A stretch of DNA of 64,000 nt from a bacterium (GCA_021813945.1 JAKAJD010000001.1:560412-624411), one strand, 5' to 3'. Positions 1-10,337 are shown, numbered from the stretch's first letter. The notes: a model not told the origin generated them from the letters alone. Numbers and translations: made by a program.

Positions 1-87
1 AGGAAAGTGCTTAAGACACATGTATATTATCTAAAATCTTAGGCATTTTTACAAAGGTCAGGCCCAAACTTAAACTAATCTTTTAAC

Positions 88-147
88 GAAGGTCAGGCCT
101 TGGCCTCGCCATTTCCAAGAAAAAGGCCTGACCTTGAGATAACGAAG
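88..147. repeat. Intergenic palindromic repeat (type 1): AAGGTCAGGCCTT ... AAGGCCTGACCTTGAGATAACGA
   Basis: Seen in sequence; a half-copy also lies at 53-66. Confidence 0.6.
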
Positions 148-437
148 GGTAAACACCCAAACATCGAGGCCTACCCTTAACCAATTTTAGCCTCGAATTG
201 ACTCAAATTCCTTGATTTTTGATATCCAAAAATGTCTATTCGATATAGATAATAGCAGATTGTTATAAGAATCAATCAAGTATTTTATCAGAAATCATTT
301 TATGGAAACGCTAGCCTTGCCTATTTTTACAGGTTTGGCAATTTTCCGGCAAAATAAAGCATCAATATTGCCCACCCCACCAAAGCCTCCAAAAAGCCCT
401 CGCCCGAAATTTATAGGTGATAGATCAGCAGATCTTA

Positions 438-497
438 ACGAAGGTCTGGCCTTTGTTGGAAAATTCTTTTGCCTAAGACCTGACCTTGAGATAACGG
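438..497. repeat. Intergenic palindromic repeat (type 1); spacer matches the copies at 11066 and 14458
   Basis: AAGGTCTGGCCTTTGTTGG ... CCTAAGACCTGACCTTGAGATAACG. Confidence 0.6.
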
Positions 498-571
498 TAG
501 TTAATCTGAAAACGCCACTAACGGAATTTAAACTAACCTTGAATTGAAGCTAAATTAAAGATAAGCCAAGT

Positions 572-694
572 TAAAGGCAGGCCTTAACTTGGAATTGCAG
601 CACAAAGGCCCGCCCTTTTGTCTGAAACCCTTACGACGGTCTGGCCTTAACCAAACCGTATCCAGGAAAAAGGCCAGACCTTGAGATAACGATG
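572..694. repeat. Two adjacent palindromic repeats, type 2 at 572-618 and type 1 at 634-694
   Basis: AAAGGCAGGCCTT ... AGGCCCGCCCTT; GGTCTGGCCTT ... AGGCCAGACCTTGAGATAACGA. Confidence 0.55.
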
Positions 695-712
695 GTTGAC
701 CAAAAAACGCTA

Positions 713-1588
713 CTATCTAAAGTATCCTGTGGGCACAAAATCGAAGAAGTCCTTAGTCTCAACCGGATTATCGGAAACATCATTGCTTTTCGCACCCTCA
801 ACTTTGTTCCTATCAAAATCAACGCTCTCCCAATATGGCCGCAAAATCGAGGCTAAATCCTCAACTAGACCACCCTTTTTTGCCTGAAATCCCGGAGTTT
901 GAACTCTAACAACAGCAGAAGCCGGACTTTCGTTTCCCCAGTTGTCAATCGCAGTTAAATAGTAAAATCTTTGCGAACCTGAAGCTAAATTCGTATTCAA
1001 AACATAAGATTCGGTTTGGGAAATCACATTAAAACTTCCATTTTCTCCAGTCTCAGAGGCCCACACCTTAAAAATTAACCCAGGACAATCGTTCCAAGTA
1101 AGGCTAACTATGTTGCCGTCAAGTTTGGCACTTACACTGTAGGGTGTTGAAACAGCAAAGTTATGAATTGAAACTGAACCTACTGGCGAATACTCCGATT
1201 TGTGGCCATACTCATCCAAAGCCTGAACGCGCACATACCAAACTCCATTGGCAAGCGAATTGGAATCATCGAAGCTAAACGAAGGTGAATCGGAATACAT
1301 CATGTTCTGGCTGCAACTGGAAAAATCGGCCTTTTTGCACCACTGGACCGAATAGTGGATTGTGCCTGAAATTTGCGACTTAGAAGCATCCCAAGCCCAT
1401 GTCGGTTTAAAGCTGTTTTCGCCCTTAGAAATGGTTGGAATTCCTGGTTGCGATAAGGTTGTTGTATTAACCCAATTGACCTGTTTTGCTTCACTGGCAA
1501 AAGCCTCATTTTGACTGCCAAAAAAAACTAGAATTGAAGCGGGTATCGCTATCGCCAAAAAAATTTTGCGCAGGCCAAAAATTTGCAT
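713..1588 (-). CDS. Secreted protein with a signal peptide (cleavage after AFA); beta-rich, FN3/Ig-like. Hypothetical.
   Basis: ORF; N-terminal hydrophobic signal MQIFGLRKIFLAIAIPASILVFFGSQNEAFA; no catalytic motifs. Confidence 0.45.
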   Translation of the reverse strand: MQIFGLRKIFLAIAIPASILVFFGSQNEAFASEAKQVNWVNTTTLSQPGIPTISKGENSFKPTWAWDASKSQISGTIHYSVQWCKKADFSSCSQNMMYSDSPSFSFDDSNSLANGVWYVRVQALDEYGHKSEYSPVGSVSIHNFAVSTPYSVSAKLDGNIVSLTWNDCPGLIFKVWASETGENGSFNVISQTESYVLNTNLASGSQRFYYLTAIDNWGNESPASAVVRVQTPGFQAKKGGLVEDLASILRPYWESVDFDRNKVEGAKSNDVSDNPVETKDFFDFVPTGYFR

Positions 1589-1751
1589 CTTTTGCCCGCC
1601 AAATTAAATTTGGGCAGGCCTAACTAAAATGTAGCATATCTCAAGATCTCTTGCCAGAAAAAAATTTATGTATTTTTGCAATTTTTTACCCAAATCCCCT
1701 TTTCTTCGACCTAAACGGACACAAAGTAGATCAAATTTTAGCGGAAAACTC

Positions 1752-1918
1752 GACGAAGGTCTGGCCTTGGAAAACTAAAAGGCCAGACCTTAAGATTAAG
1801 AAGATTGATCTGAAAACGCTAATTTCGCCTGACCTTGAGATAACGATAGTTGAGATTAAACCACGCTAAGGGCAGGTCTTTTTCGGTGAAAGGTCCATGC
1901 CAAGGCCTGCCCTTTCTC
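1752..1918. repeat. Cluster of three palindromic repeat copies: 1752-1797, partial copy 1828-1850, and 1867-1918
   Basis: GGTCTGGCCTT ... GGCCAGACCTT; CCTGACCTTGAGATAACGA; GGGCAGGTCTT ... AGGCCTGCCCTT. Confidence 0.55.
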
Positions 1919-2938
1919 CTATCTTTGATGCACAAACCTGCGCCAAGTCTCTATGTTCTCAAGCGCAATCCCCGTTCCGTAAACCACGCAGTGCAACGGA
2001 TCATCGGCAACGTGAGCAGAAACACCAATCTGACTGCTAATATACCTGTCGATATTTCGAAGCTGGCTGGAGCCGCCCGAAATGACGATTCCGCGGTCGA
2101 TAATGTCGGAAGAAAGTTCCGGCGGAGTTTGCTCCAAAACACCCTTAATACAGGCAATAATCGTCCCTAAAACAGGGTTTATTGCTTCTGTTACCTCGTT
2201 GGAATCAACCGTTATGGTTTTAGGCATGCCGGATATGGCATCGCGCCCTTTTATCTCCCATGTTTTTTTAGGTGAAATGGCAATCGCGCTTCCGACTTTT
2301 TGCTTCAACTCCTCTGCCATCTTCTCACCGATTACCAGATTGTGGATACGCCTGATATAGGAAATTATGGCCTCGTTGAACTTATCGCCCCCTGCGCGGG
2401 CACTGCCGGCCCCAACAATACCTCCCAAAGATACTACCGCCGCTCCAACCTGGCCTCCGCCGATATCGACAATCATCGACCCGTAAGGCGCATCAATCGG
2501 CAGTTTGGCGCCAATAGCAGCAGCCAACGGCTGGTCAATTAAATAGGCAGTCTTCGCTCCTGCAGAAAGCGTGGCTTCCAACACCGCCCGGCGTTCAACC
2601 TGAGTTATCCCGTATGGCACACATACCATCACTTCCGGTCTGGCGAAGCGTGAATAGCCTAAAACCTTGTCCATAAAATAGCGAAGCATTGCCTGGCAAA
2701 CCAGATAATCGGCAACCACCCCTTCCCTAACCGGCCTCTGAGCAACCAAATCCGTACCGGTCCTTCCCAGCATCTCATGCGCATTTGAACCAACAGACAC
2801 AACTTTACCCGTTACCGAATCAACAGCCACCACGCTTGGTTCGGAGAGCACTACGCCTTCACCGGAAACCCAAACAAGGCTGTTGGAAGTTCCCAAATCA
2901 ATTCCTAATCTTTTAGATGAAAAAAGAGGCAATCTCAT
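1919..2938 (-). CDS. mreB: Rod-shape determining protein MreB (actin-like ATPase)
   Basis: N-terminal GIDLGTSNSLVW phosphate-1 motif, DIGGG phosphate-2 motif, overall MreB/Mbl architecture, 339 aa. Confidence 0.9.
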   Translation of the reverse strand: MRLPLFSSKRLGIDLGTSNSLVWVSGEGVVLSEPSVVAVDSVTGKVVSVGSNAHEMLGRTGTDLVAQRPVREGVVADYLVCQAMLRYFMDKVLGYSRFARPEVMVCVPYGITQVERRAVLEATLSAGAKTAYLIDQPLAAAIGAKLPIDAPYGSMIVDIGGGQVGAAVVSLGGIVGAGSARAGGDKFNEAIISYIRRIHNLVIGEKMAEELKQKVGSAIAISPKKTWEIKGRDAISGMPKTITVDSNEVTEAINPVLGTIIACIKGVLEQTPPELSSDIIDRGIVISGGSSQLRNIDRYISSQIGVSAHVADDPLHCVVYGTGIALENIETWRRFVHQR

Positions 2939-2947
2939 GTAAGCTTG

Positions 2948-3003
2948 CGCAAAGGCCAGGCCTTTACATTGACCATTCCTAAGCTAAGGCCTGGCCTTAA
3001 CAG
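2948..3003. repeat. Palindromic repeat (type 2): AAAGGCCAGGCCTTT ... TAAGGCCTGGCCTTAAC
   Basis: Between the mreB start and the upstream gene's 3' end. Confidence 0.6.
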
Positions 3004-3103
3004 GGTGTGTTGGTCCTGCCGCATTTTAGAATCGGCACTAAAAAAGGGCAAGGGGTAAATCGGGTTTTATTGACCTAAAGGGAAACAAACTACATCAAAC
3101 TCT

Positions 3104-3136
3104 AAATCCTAAATTCTAAACTCTAATTTAGGATTT
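3104..3136 (-). terminator. Candidate terminator hairpin just downstream of the 1276-aa surface protein gene. It is a 12-bp perfect inverted repeat, AAATCCTAAATT / AATTTAGGATTT, with a 9-nt loop.
   Basis: Seen in sequence; immediately 3' of the stop codon at 3158 on the minus strand; AT-rich downstream. Confidence 0.4.
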
Positions 3137-3157
3137 CGAATTTCCGTAAGCAGCGGC

Positions 3158-6100
3158 TTACGGTGCCACTTCCTGCCAGGAGACTGCCGGGGAACCAATA
3201 AGCTGTGCTACCGCAGGAACCAGGTATTTTGCCTGAAAAACAACGTAATCGGACGGATTCAAGCTGTTTTTGCAAGCATCACCGCAAAGCGGGTCATCTG
3301 TCAAAAAGCTTCCTAAATCAAAAGCCTTAGCGTATATGCCACCATTTACAGTCAGATAATAATTGCCCGTCGGCGAAGCCCATTTCCTGCCTTTTCCATT
3401 TGTATTGTCATAATCATGGACCGTGCCTCCGGCAATGTAAACCCCGTCTGCCTGAGTGACATTTGTATTAAATGTTACGTCTCCTTTGACAACAAATACT
3501 ATGGTCGAATTACTACCTGTTGCAAAACCGAAATTTGAAGAAACAGTCAAATTTCCATCCACAAAAACGACCCAGTTGCCGGCCGTAGATATATTGAGAC
3601 CGCCAACGTCGGCATTTGAAGTGCACTGTACATATGACCAGGAATTAGACGCCCATACAGCTACCTGGACGGGATTTACCGTACAACTTGAAGGATTCGT
3701 CGCCTTATACCTGAACCTGCTTGCAAAATAGTTGTAAACTCCCCCTCCATCTGCCGGGAAAAGCGCTTTTGAATAATTATTAAGTTCCCATCTACCGCTT
3801 ACACTTGAATCAAGCGGATTACCAGCCAAAACGGCGGTTGACTGGGAGTTTACAGGTACACTTGTATTTGAAACCTGAATCTTGCCCCGACCCCCCACAT
3901 CTCCTCCTACTGTATTAAACCAGGTCTTTGCCGCCACAACATACAATAACTGGAAACTGTTATTACTCCAGTTTTTGTCATTGTTTGGCGAACAGTTGGG
4001 AAGGACATAAAAATTGGCCACATAAGAACCGGGCGTATTACTTACTGTAAATGAAAATGTAAAATCCTGATAGCTTGTTGGATTTAAATCATCGGTGTTG
4101 CGTAAAAGGGGTGTGACCGTTATCGCCTTTGAAGCCGAAGGTGTCTGTGGAACCGGCGGTGATGCACTACAATTCGGCAATGTAGTGCTTGTGGGCCAAA
4201 ATCCAACGGAACCCGGACCGGTAAAATCAACCTCCGCCTGTGACGTATTAAAAACACGCACTGTCAGGTTTGCAGTCGCTCCGGGATCATAAACCTGTTG
4301 ATTCCCAAGTGGGCTGTTTGCAACTTTAAGGTCAAACATACAAGTTGGCGTCGTGAAAGAAATACCGGGCGGTGTCGTTGTTGAGGTCGGGTAAATCTTA
4401 GCGCTTTGCTGAGTTAACGAATATGCTGTCACTCGCCAGTAGTAGGTAACTCCCTTCGCTGGAACAAGCGGCGTGTCGCCGATAGTAGAAACAGTCGCAC
4501 TTGCTACCGCTCCGCCTCCGCCTCCGCCGCTAAACGAAATTGAGGGTGCAGAAGTGTAATTCTTGCCACCATATGTTATGGCTATGCTTGTAACTTTTCC
4601 GGCCGAAATAGAAGCAACTGCCTGGGCGCCAACTCCCCCGCCGCCGGAGATAATAACTGCCGGCGCCGAAGTATAACCTGTACCGCCATTGGTAACATTA
4701 ATCGACGTAACATCCTTGCCCGTATAGGCATCTCCAAAATCTAATGCGCTTGTTGCACTCCAAGTGAAATTAACAGTTTTTGGAGGCGTGTGATCAGAAT
4801 AGGAAACAGCTTTAACTGCCCATTGGGAAGTTTGCCCTGCTAACGAAGCTACAGTCGAAGAGTCACCGGTGAAAGCATCGTGCGAAACATCCAACCAGAA
4901 ACCTGTTTCGGTAGTAGCATTGTTTTGCCAGCTGAATGACATAGTTGGAGTACCCCCGGTACAAGCAGTCGTTACGTTTAGATTAGTAGGGTTCGCCGGC
5001 GGCGGCGTACATGTTGCCGTAGTGATCGGATATAAATTAGATTCGTTCGGGTCAAAAGTGCCTCCGCTACTATGCACTTTCCAGTTATGGGAAACACCAG
5101 GGTCAGTCATGGTAACATCCCAAGACCGGTCAGTCCCTCCTAAGCTCGAAGGTATTCCGGTACTGGTAACGTTCGTTCCCGAACCCATAACAGCCGTACC
5201 GTCACGAAGTATCGAATAAGCCGTACCTCCCGAATTGGAAGTCCACCGCAAATGCACCTTTGGGTGTAACGCGTCGACGCAATCGGAAAAACCCGAAAGT
5301 GTAATAACAACCGGTTCCGGGGAAGGTGTCGGACCTTGCGTCGGGCAAGCAGTACAAGAACCACTAGTAAATGAGCTAGCAGTTGAATAAACGCCAACCT
5401 GGCAAGCGGGTGTGCAAAAAGTTATATCGTAGCTGGCACCGCTGTTTAGATTCGCAAAAGGGGTTTTGCTATCACAGCTGATAGACCCGTCATTACAAAA
5501 TGGATCATTGGAAGTTGAAGTCACCTTTCGGTTGTCACTCTGCGAACCTGCGCTTCCGTAACTATAACCGGTAAGATGAAGCTGGACTTCATACTGCCAT
5601 GTCCAATTAAGTTTCACTACGCCTGTGGAGGTATAGATTGTACCCCCATCACTCACCCAGCTACGTATGGCAACAAAGGTATTGCCAGATCCATCAGCCG
5701 GTTTGACTTCCCAATAAATGTATTCTCCAGCACAAAACAATTGATTTCCTGAATCTAAAGCGGCTGTGAACCCAGCTATATCACGCGCACCGCAAGGTCC
5801 TGTTCCGTCAGTCCACATATGCCACCAAGCGCTCGGCCTTGCGTAAGAATATGTCTTCGTCGGGGCGGTGCAACCGGCCGGACAAGGCTTTCCAACTTGC
5901 GGTGTCGCTACTGGAGTTGCGATTGGCAGTATTGCGTTTGGCGGACAGGTCGGGGTAGTAAACCTTCCTGTCACAGAAGGATACCAGTTGCCGCTAATGT
6001 AGTTATTAACCCGCCAGTAAAAAGTCACACCTTGCGGATACATTGGATATCCAGGAGGTGGAGCATTCAAACTGGAAGCGCCAGTCACAGGATAGTTACT

Positions 6101-6988
6101 AAAGGTTCCGGGTGCAAAATTGTTAGGCCAAATCGAGAAATCCAAATATTGCGGGTTACCCGCAGGGGAAGAGGGCGTCCAGCCATAGTTCACACCAACA
6201 ACATTTGCAGTTGTATCAGCTGTTTGTGAAGCACAATACGGGTTGGCGGAAAGATTTACCGCTGGGGTGATTACGACCCCTGGAGCGCACGTAAATTGCC
6301 CAATCGAAGACCAACTGCCTACTCCTTGCGGTGAAACAGCCCTAATGCGCACGTAATAGGGACTGGCCGAATCCGGCAAACTAAAATTATATGACCGCGT
6401 ACCTGGACTCAAACCGCTAGCAACTAAACTGCTAGGCACAGGGTCTCCTGGTCCTACATCGCCAGAATTTTGCGATTCATAGACCGAAAAGCTGGCAATA
6501 TTTGTCCCATCCACCCCAATTCCGGTTAGCCCCCATCCCACCGAGTTGCAAGCAGTATTGGTAATATAAGGAGTTGCATTAGGTGTCGTACAATGCACAT
6601 CCTGTGGGTCCGTTTGATAATCGGCTACTCCCCCAACACCCCATGTGCCAAAGTATCCCGCAGCGGTGCGAGGGTCTGAACAACTGGTACCCCATGTGAC
6701 ACTGTAAGGCGGACTATTCGTATTATCCAACCCCGAATAAAGCCAATAAACTGTCCCCACAGGAACCGTGTAAGTTCTTGGAGACGCACCGTTTAAAAGT
6801 TCGCCAAATGAGTTGTAATAATGTACAGTAACTGTTATCGGAATACTGGCTGCGGGACTGCTGTTATCTAGCGTTGCAGCTACAATAGCCTGTGCACCAG
6901 CCTGTGCCATAACCGGTTTTGGTCGGAAAGAGGCCAGCGAAACTAGGCCAATCAAAACTATTCCTGTCAGTACAATTCTTTTGATCAT
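3158..6988 (-). CDS. Giant secreted or cell-surface protein (1276 aa). N-terminal signal peptide. Gly/Ser/Thr-rich, with Ig/FN3-like repeats.
   Basis: Long ORF, signal peptide MIKRIVLTGIVLIGLVSLASF...AQA, poly-Gly tracts, repeated beta-strand-like segments; start overlaps the stop of the upstream gene (ATGA). Confidence 0.6.
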   Translation of the reverse strand: MIKRIVLTGIVLIGLVSLASFRPKPVMAQAGAQAIVAATLDNSSPAASIPITVTVHYYNSFGELLNGASPRTYTVPVGTVYWLYSGLDNTNSPPYSVTWGTSCSDPRTAAGYFGTWGVGGVADYQTDPQDVHCTTPNATPYITNTACNSVGWGLTGIGVDGTNIASFSVYESQNSGDVGPGDPVPSSLVASGLSPGTRSYNFSLPDSASPYYVRIRAVSPQGVGSWSSIGQFTCAPGVVITPAVNLSANPYCASQTADTTANVVGVNYGWTPSSPAGNPQYLDFSIWPNNFAPGTFSNYPVTGASSLNAPPPGYPMYPQGVTFYWRVNNYISGNWYPSVTGRFTTPTCPPNAILPIATPVATPQVGKPCPAGCTAPTKTYSYARPSAWWHMWTDGTGPCGARDIAGFTAALDSGNQLFCAGEYIYWEVKPADGSGNTFVAIRSWVSDGGTIYTSTGVVKLNWTWQYEVQLHLTGYSYGSAGSQSDNRKVTSTSNDPFCNDGSISCDSKTPFANLNSGASYDITFCTPACQVGVYSTASSFTSGSCTACPTQGPTPSPEPVVITLSGFSDCVDALHPKVHLRWTSNSGGTAYSILRDGTAVMGSGTNVTSTGIPSSLGGTDRSWDVTMTDPGVSHNWKVHSSGGTFDPNESNLYPITTATCTPPPANPTNLNVTTACTGGTPTMSFSWQNNATTETGFWLDVSHDAFTGDSSTVASLAGQTSQWAVKAVSYSDHTPPKTVNFTWSATSALDFGDAYTGKDVTSINVTNGGTGYTSAPAVIISGGGGVGAQAVASISAGKVTSIAITYGGKNYTSAPSISFSGGGGGGAVASATVSTIGDTPLVPAKGVTYYWRVTAYSLTQQSAKIYPTSTTTPPGISFTTPTCMFDLKVANSPLGNQQVYDPGATANLTVRVFNTSQAEVDFTGPGSVGFWPTSTTLPNCSASPPVPQTPSASKAITVTPLLRNTDDLNPTSYQDFTFSFTVSNTPGSYVANFYVLPNCSPNNDKNWSNNSFQLLYVVAAKTWFNTVGGDVGGRGKIQVSNTSVPVNSQSTAVLAGNPLDSSVSGRWELNNYSKALFPADGGGVYNYFASRFRYKATNPSSCTVNPVQVAVWASNSWSYVQCTSNADVGGLNISTAGNWVVFVDGNLTVSSNFGFATGSNSTIVFVVKGDVTFNTNVTQADGVYIAGGTVHDYDNTNGKGRKWASPTGNYYLTVNGGIYAKAFDLGSFLTDDPLCGDACKNSLNPSDYVVFQAKYLVPAVAQLIGSPAVSWQEVAP

Positions 6989-7800
6989 AACTTTATTTGG
7001 GGTGGCATAATATAATTTGGATAATTTTTTTCTATAAAACTCAAGAGCTCTTTGTACAAAGAAAGTACATTTGCATCCTTATTTTTGTCATAAAGACTTT
7101 TAACGCCGGAAAGCGCATTAATGTACATTGACCATTGAAAATTTTTATCGGAAGAGAGAGCCGCAGCTTCAAAACTTCTGTCGAGGTTTTGTATTAAACT
7201 TTTATCAAATGCCCCATTGTCAACCTCATCTTTTATTTTCTTAATCTCGGCAGGATAACTAGCCTTACCACAAGAAGCATCAAAGCACGGAACAGTATAA
7301 ATGCTTTCCTGTGCATGCTCCGGGTAATTGTTGATCATATATTGAGCATATTGCTCCAAAACTGCACGTGTTTTAGGATCATGATCACCACTATAAAAAC
7401 CTAAAAGCGTCGAATAGTTGTCTAATAGAAGTTTGTACCTAGCGGTATAATCAGTAGCCTTTGCAGCATCATGGAGCTTCTTTAAAAATAAATCGCGCTG
7501 AAGATCACCGGGAAATTTAACATCCGCAACATTTATAGGTGGTGCAAGTGGACCTATTTTTTGCGATGAACGGTTAGAAATTGATTTTTGGAAGCTTGAA
7601 ATTCCCACAAAAAATATCAATACCCCGATAACCGCAACAACCGCTGCCAAAAACAAAACATGGCCTATACCCGAAAATAAAGGCTCGACAGGAATTTTAA
7701 TAAAGCCGGACTTGCCGGAAGAAGCTGGTTTTTGACTAACGTTAGTGGCAGGCTGCGTGCCTGCGGCAGGCGAAACAGGCATAAACAGACCACGAACCAA
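6985..7800 (-). CDS. Single-pass membrane-anchored hypothetical protein
   Basis: ORF with one TM helix (HVLFLAAVVAVIGVLIFFVGI); translationally coupled to the downstream giant protein gene. Confidence 0.5.
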   Translation of the reverse strand: MVRGLFMPVSPAAGTQPATNVSQKPASSGKSGFIKIPVEPLFSGIGHVLFLAAVVAVIGVLIFFVGISSFQKSISNRSSQKIGPLAPPINVADVKFPGDLQRDLFLKKLHDAAKATDYTARYKLLLDNYSTLLGFYSGDHDPKTRAVLEQYAQYMINNYPEHAQESIYTVPCFDASCGKASYPAEIKKIKDEVDNGAFDKSLIQNLDRSFEAAALSSDKNFQWSMYINALSGVKSLYDKNKDANVLSLYKELLSFIEKNYPNYIMPPQIKL

Positions 7801-7855
7801 CCGGTCCGCGACCTAATTTAAGCTTAGAATAAATTGAAAGTGAGTGTCAAGGAAG

Positions 7856-8608
7856 TTACTGATCGTTTAAGTAGTAGATACGCGCCGCATTCGTCCACAG
7901 AGAAGGTGTAACCTTATCTGGCGCTTTTGCTCTAATTTCGTCAAAAATCTGCTTGTGGACAGGTTTCCAGTTCGCGTTTGCAGTCTTGAAATCCGGATTT
8001 CCGGTAGCTTCATATAAAACTTTTGATATGTTAGCAACCTCATTACAAGCTGTTAAGAAAACACTAAAGTAATCTCCTTCGGTTGGTGGAACCTGACGAG
8101 GTTCTTCCGGCGGCCCGAATGTTTCGCCCCACCTGTTTGGATCGCAAAGAGCCATCATTTGGCTCAAATATTTAGGGTCTAGCATCTCGTTGTGGGCATT
8201 TGAATCGTGGGCCTTGTTCAAATCAGCAGGCGTTAAGTGAGATTGCTCAAGAGCAGTAGTAATAGTTTGCGCCACTGATGTCTTTGCCTGAGTTAGCTGT
8301 TCTGGTGTAAGTTGCGCTTCAACTGTTGCTGTCGGCGCTTCAGAAACTACTGTAGGTGAAGCTTCACCAATAACAGTAACACCCTCCGGCCCAGTAGATG
8401 GCTGAGCTTTCGCTCCTGCTATTGCCTGACTTGTCTGGTTTGGGGTCAGATCGGATTTCTCTCCTCTTCCGGAACCACCACATGCGGCGATCAATGCCGC
8501 AGATCCTGCCAAAATAACGCCTCCAAAAACACCAACTCGTGCTGTTCTCTGTGTTTTTTTAGGAATTTCGCTTGAAACGTCTCTAGATCTATCTCTATCT
8601 TTGTCCAT
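7856..8608 (-). CDS. Putative lipoprotein (lipobox LIAAC), hypothetical
   Basis: ORF; signal plus lipobox ...ILAGSAALIAACGGSG; Thr/Ala-rich linker. Confidence 0.5.
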   Translation of the reverse strand: MDKDRDRSRDVSSEIPKKTQRTARVGVFGGVILAGSAALIAACGGSGRGEKSDLTPNQTSQAIAGAKAQPSTGPEGVTVIGEASPTVVSEAPTATVEAQLTPEQLTQAKTSVAQTITTALEQSHLTPADLNKAHDSNAHNEMLDPKYLSQMMALCDPNRWGETFGPPEEPRQVPPTEGDYFSVFLTACNEVANISKVLYEATGNPDFKTANANWKPVHKQIFDEIRAKAPDKVTPSLWTNAARIYYLNDQ

Positions 8609-8704
8609 TTATTGCTTACTTGCGCAGTAATAATACCACGCTTTAGCCTCAAAAACAATTATACTACTATAAGTTAGAGTTGTCAATTACTATGAGTCTA
8701 ACTT

Positions 8705-8760
8705 ATATCAGAGGAGCGCCATTGGCATGACTTAAAGGTGCCAAGGCGACCTGCTGATAT
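8705..8760. repeat. 56-nt structured element (copy of 46065..46120) in the 5' leader of the lipoprotein gene 7856..8608
   Basis: Near-identical sequence; substitutions fall in predicted loop and bulge positions. Confidence 0.6.
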
Positions 8761-8784
8761 AAATTCTTAGGCCTACAGCTTAGT

Positions 8785-8834
8785 CAAGGTCAGGCCTTAG
8801 GCTCAGAATCATCCAACAAAGGCCAGACCTTTTA
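8785..8834. repeat. Palindromic repeat (type 1)
   Basis: AAGGTCAGGCCTT ... AAGGCCAGACCTT. Confidence 0.6.
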
Positions 8835-8861
8835 GCTGAAACGGTCTGCTAATATCCAAAA

Positions 8862-10337
8862 TCATTCGCCAGAAGGCATCTCCCATGCCCTCAGAGCGGG
8901 ACTGGCGCCTGGCGTAAAAACCACTAAAGTGCTTCCCTTAAGGTCAAAGTCGTAAGCATTTACTACATCTGAGGTCGGCACCGTACCAGGCTTAAATGCA
9001 TTTGTAGGAGGCAACTCCCCAACAAATAGCGAAAAATCTTGAGTCTGGCCGGGCGAAATCTTAAGATCATAAGTTGTGGCAAGCGGAATCACTCTGCCGT
9101 CCTTAAGATACAATTGTCCCGAAAAAAAGGTAAACGGCTCCTTTACACCAACCGAATTGCTTGTTACTCGAAAGACAACGGCATCTCGCTCTTTTGAAGC
9201 TGGATCAGGCTTAACTTTTGTGAAACCTTCTACTTTATACTCAAGATCTGTAGCCAATTCGCCAGGGATCCGAACATGTAAAGTCTCGTTAAGATTGCTG
9301 TAATTAAGCTGTTCAGGAATTAAAGGATAATTTTGATCTATTTGCCTTTCCTCAACTGTTTGTCTCCCTCCAGTACCTTGGGAATCAAAAGCCAGTTTTA
9401 TATCTTTTGTGTCCTTAGATATTTCCAATACCAGTGCAATCGGTAATCCAAAACCAGGTGCCATAACAGAGTTGACTTTAGTCACACAATCTTTTTGATA
9501 ACCGTCAGCTACTGAGCTTAAAGTGCCAGCATTTGTGCTTACATACGGGTCATTAAATAAACCCCCACAACCATAGGGGTAATACACACTAGAACCATAA
9601 GGAACAGGGTTACCATTCTTATCTAAAACCAACATACTGTACCCTTCATTAAATTTTGGGGGAGGAAAGTTAAAGCCAATATATTTGTCAGTCTTATTTT
9701 GCAAAACTCCCTCCACAACAAGTGTTCGGCCAGACTTACGGGGCAAAACACCAAGATCCTGCCATTTTTTAATAGCAAAGTCATAAGTGTCTAAATGGAT
9801 TACTGCCCTCTCACCAACATCGGTTTCATCTCCAGGATTTACTTCAGGAGTACGCGTAGGTTCTGGCGTTGGGCTAGATTCTTTCTGATTCTGACCGTTT
9901 CCCAAAACACTTGGAACTGGGGTAATTTTTGCTGGTTCCACTGCCGCCTGGTGCTGGGCGTCAGGTGTCAAACTCGCTTTATCGTAACCGCCACATGCAG
10001 CAGCCCAACCAGCAGCCAAGGTAGTCGTGACCACCACAGCCGGGCGGCGCAACCTGCTGGGGAGCCGGATTGGGAAAGGTCTGGTCAAACGGTTAGAAGA
10101 ATCAGGGATATCGGAAATACTAAAAGAGGTAAAAAGGTCAGCCTTTAGGATTCTGGTCGCCTCAGCTTCCCTGAAAGCCTTAAGATTGGCAATTTTTGCG
10201 GCAATGGATTGATCTGCCCTTTTAGTGAAATCCCGGTCTAACATGTTAGGTCTTGTCTTGAGCTTCTGGGAGCAATTTTGGTATCGGAAGAGGAATTGAT
10301 CTAACAGCACCTTCGCTGGGAAAATCATGGGAAACAT
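8862..10337 (-). CDS. Putative lipoprotein, hypothetical. The real start is probably the TTG at ~10051, which gives MRRPAVVVTTTLAAGWAAAC.
   Basis: Lipobox AAAC GG about 95 codons into the ORF; starting at TTG 10051 yields a canonical lipoprotein signal and removes the overlap with the 10246..10779 ORF. Confidence 0.5.
   Translation of the reverse strand: MFPMIFPAKVLLDQFLFRYQNCSQKLKTRPNMLDRDFTKRADQSIAAKIANLKAFREAEATRILKADLFTSFSISDIPDSSNRLTRPFPIRLPSRLRRPAVVVTTTLAAGWAAACGGYDKASLTPDAQHQAAVEPAKITPVPSVLGNGQNQKESSPTPEPTRTPEVNPGDETDVGERAVIHLDTYDFAIKKWQDLGVLPRKSGRTLVVEGVLQNKTDKYIGFNFPPPKFNEGYSMLVLDKNGNPVPYGSSVYYPYGCGGLFNDPYVSTNAGTLSSVADGYQKDCVTKVNSVMAPGFGLPIALVLEISKDTKDIKLAFDSQGTGGRQTVEERQIDQNYPLIPEQLNYSNLNETLHVRIPGELATDLEYKVEGFTKVKPDPASKERDAVVFRVTSNSVGVKEPFTFFSGQLYLKDGRVIPLATTYDLKISPGQTQDFSLFVGELPPTNAFKPGTVPTSDVVNAYDFDLKGSTLVVFTPGASPALRAWEMPSGE

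Noticed and set aside
302-547. 81-aa ORF in the first intergenic tract
   Set aside because: It is composed largely of the palindromic repeat copies (438-497). It has no signal or domain features and odd composition, so it is probably a non-coding repeat region.
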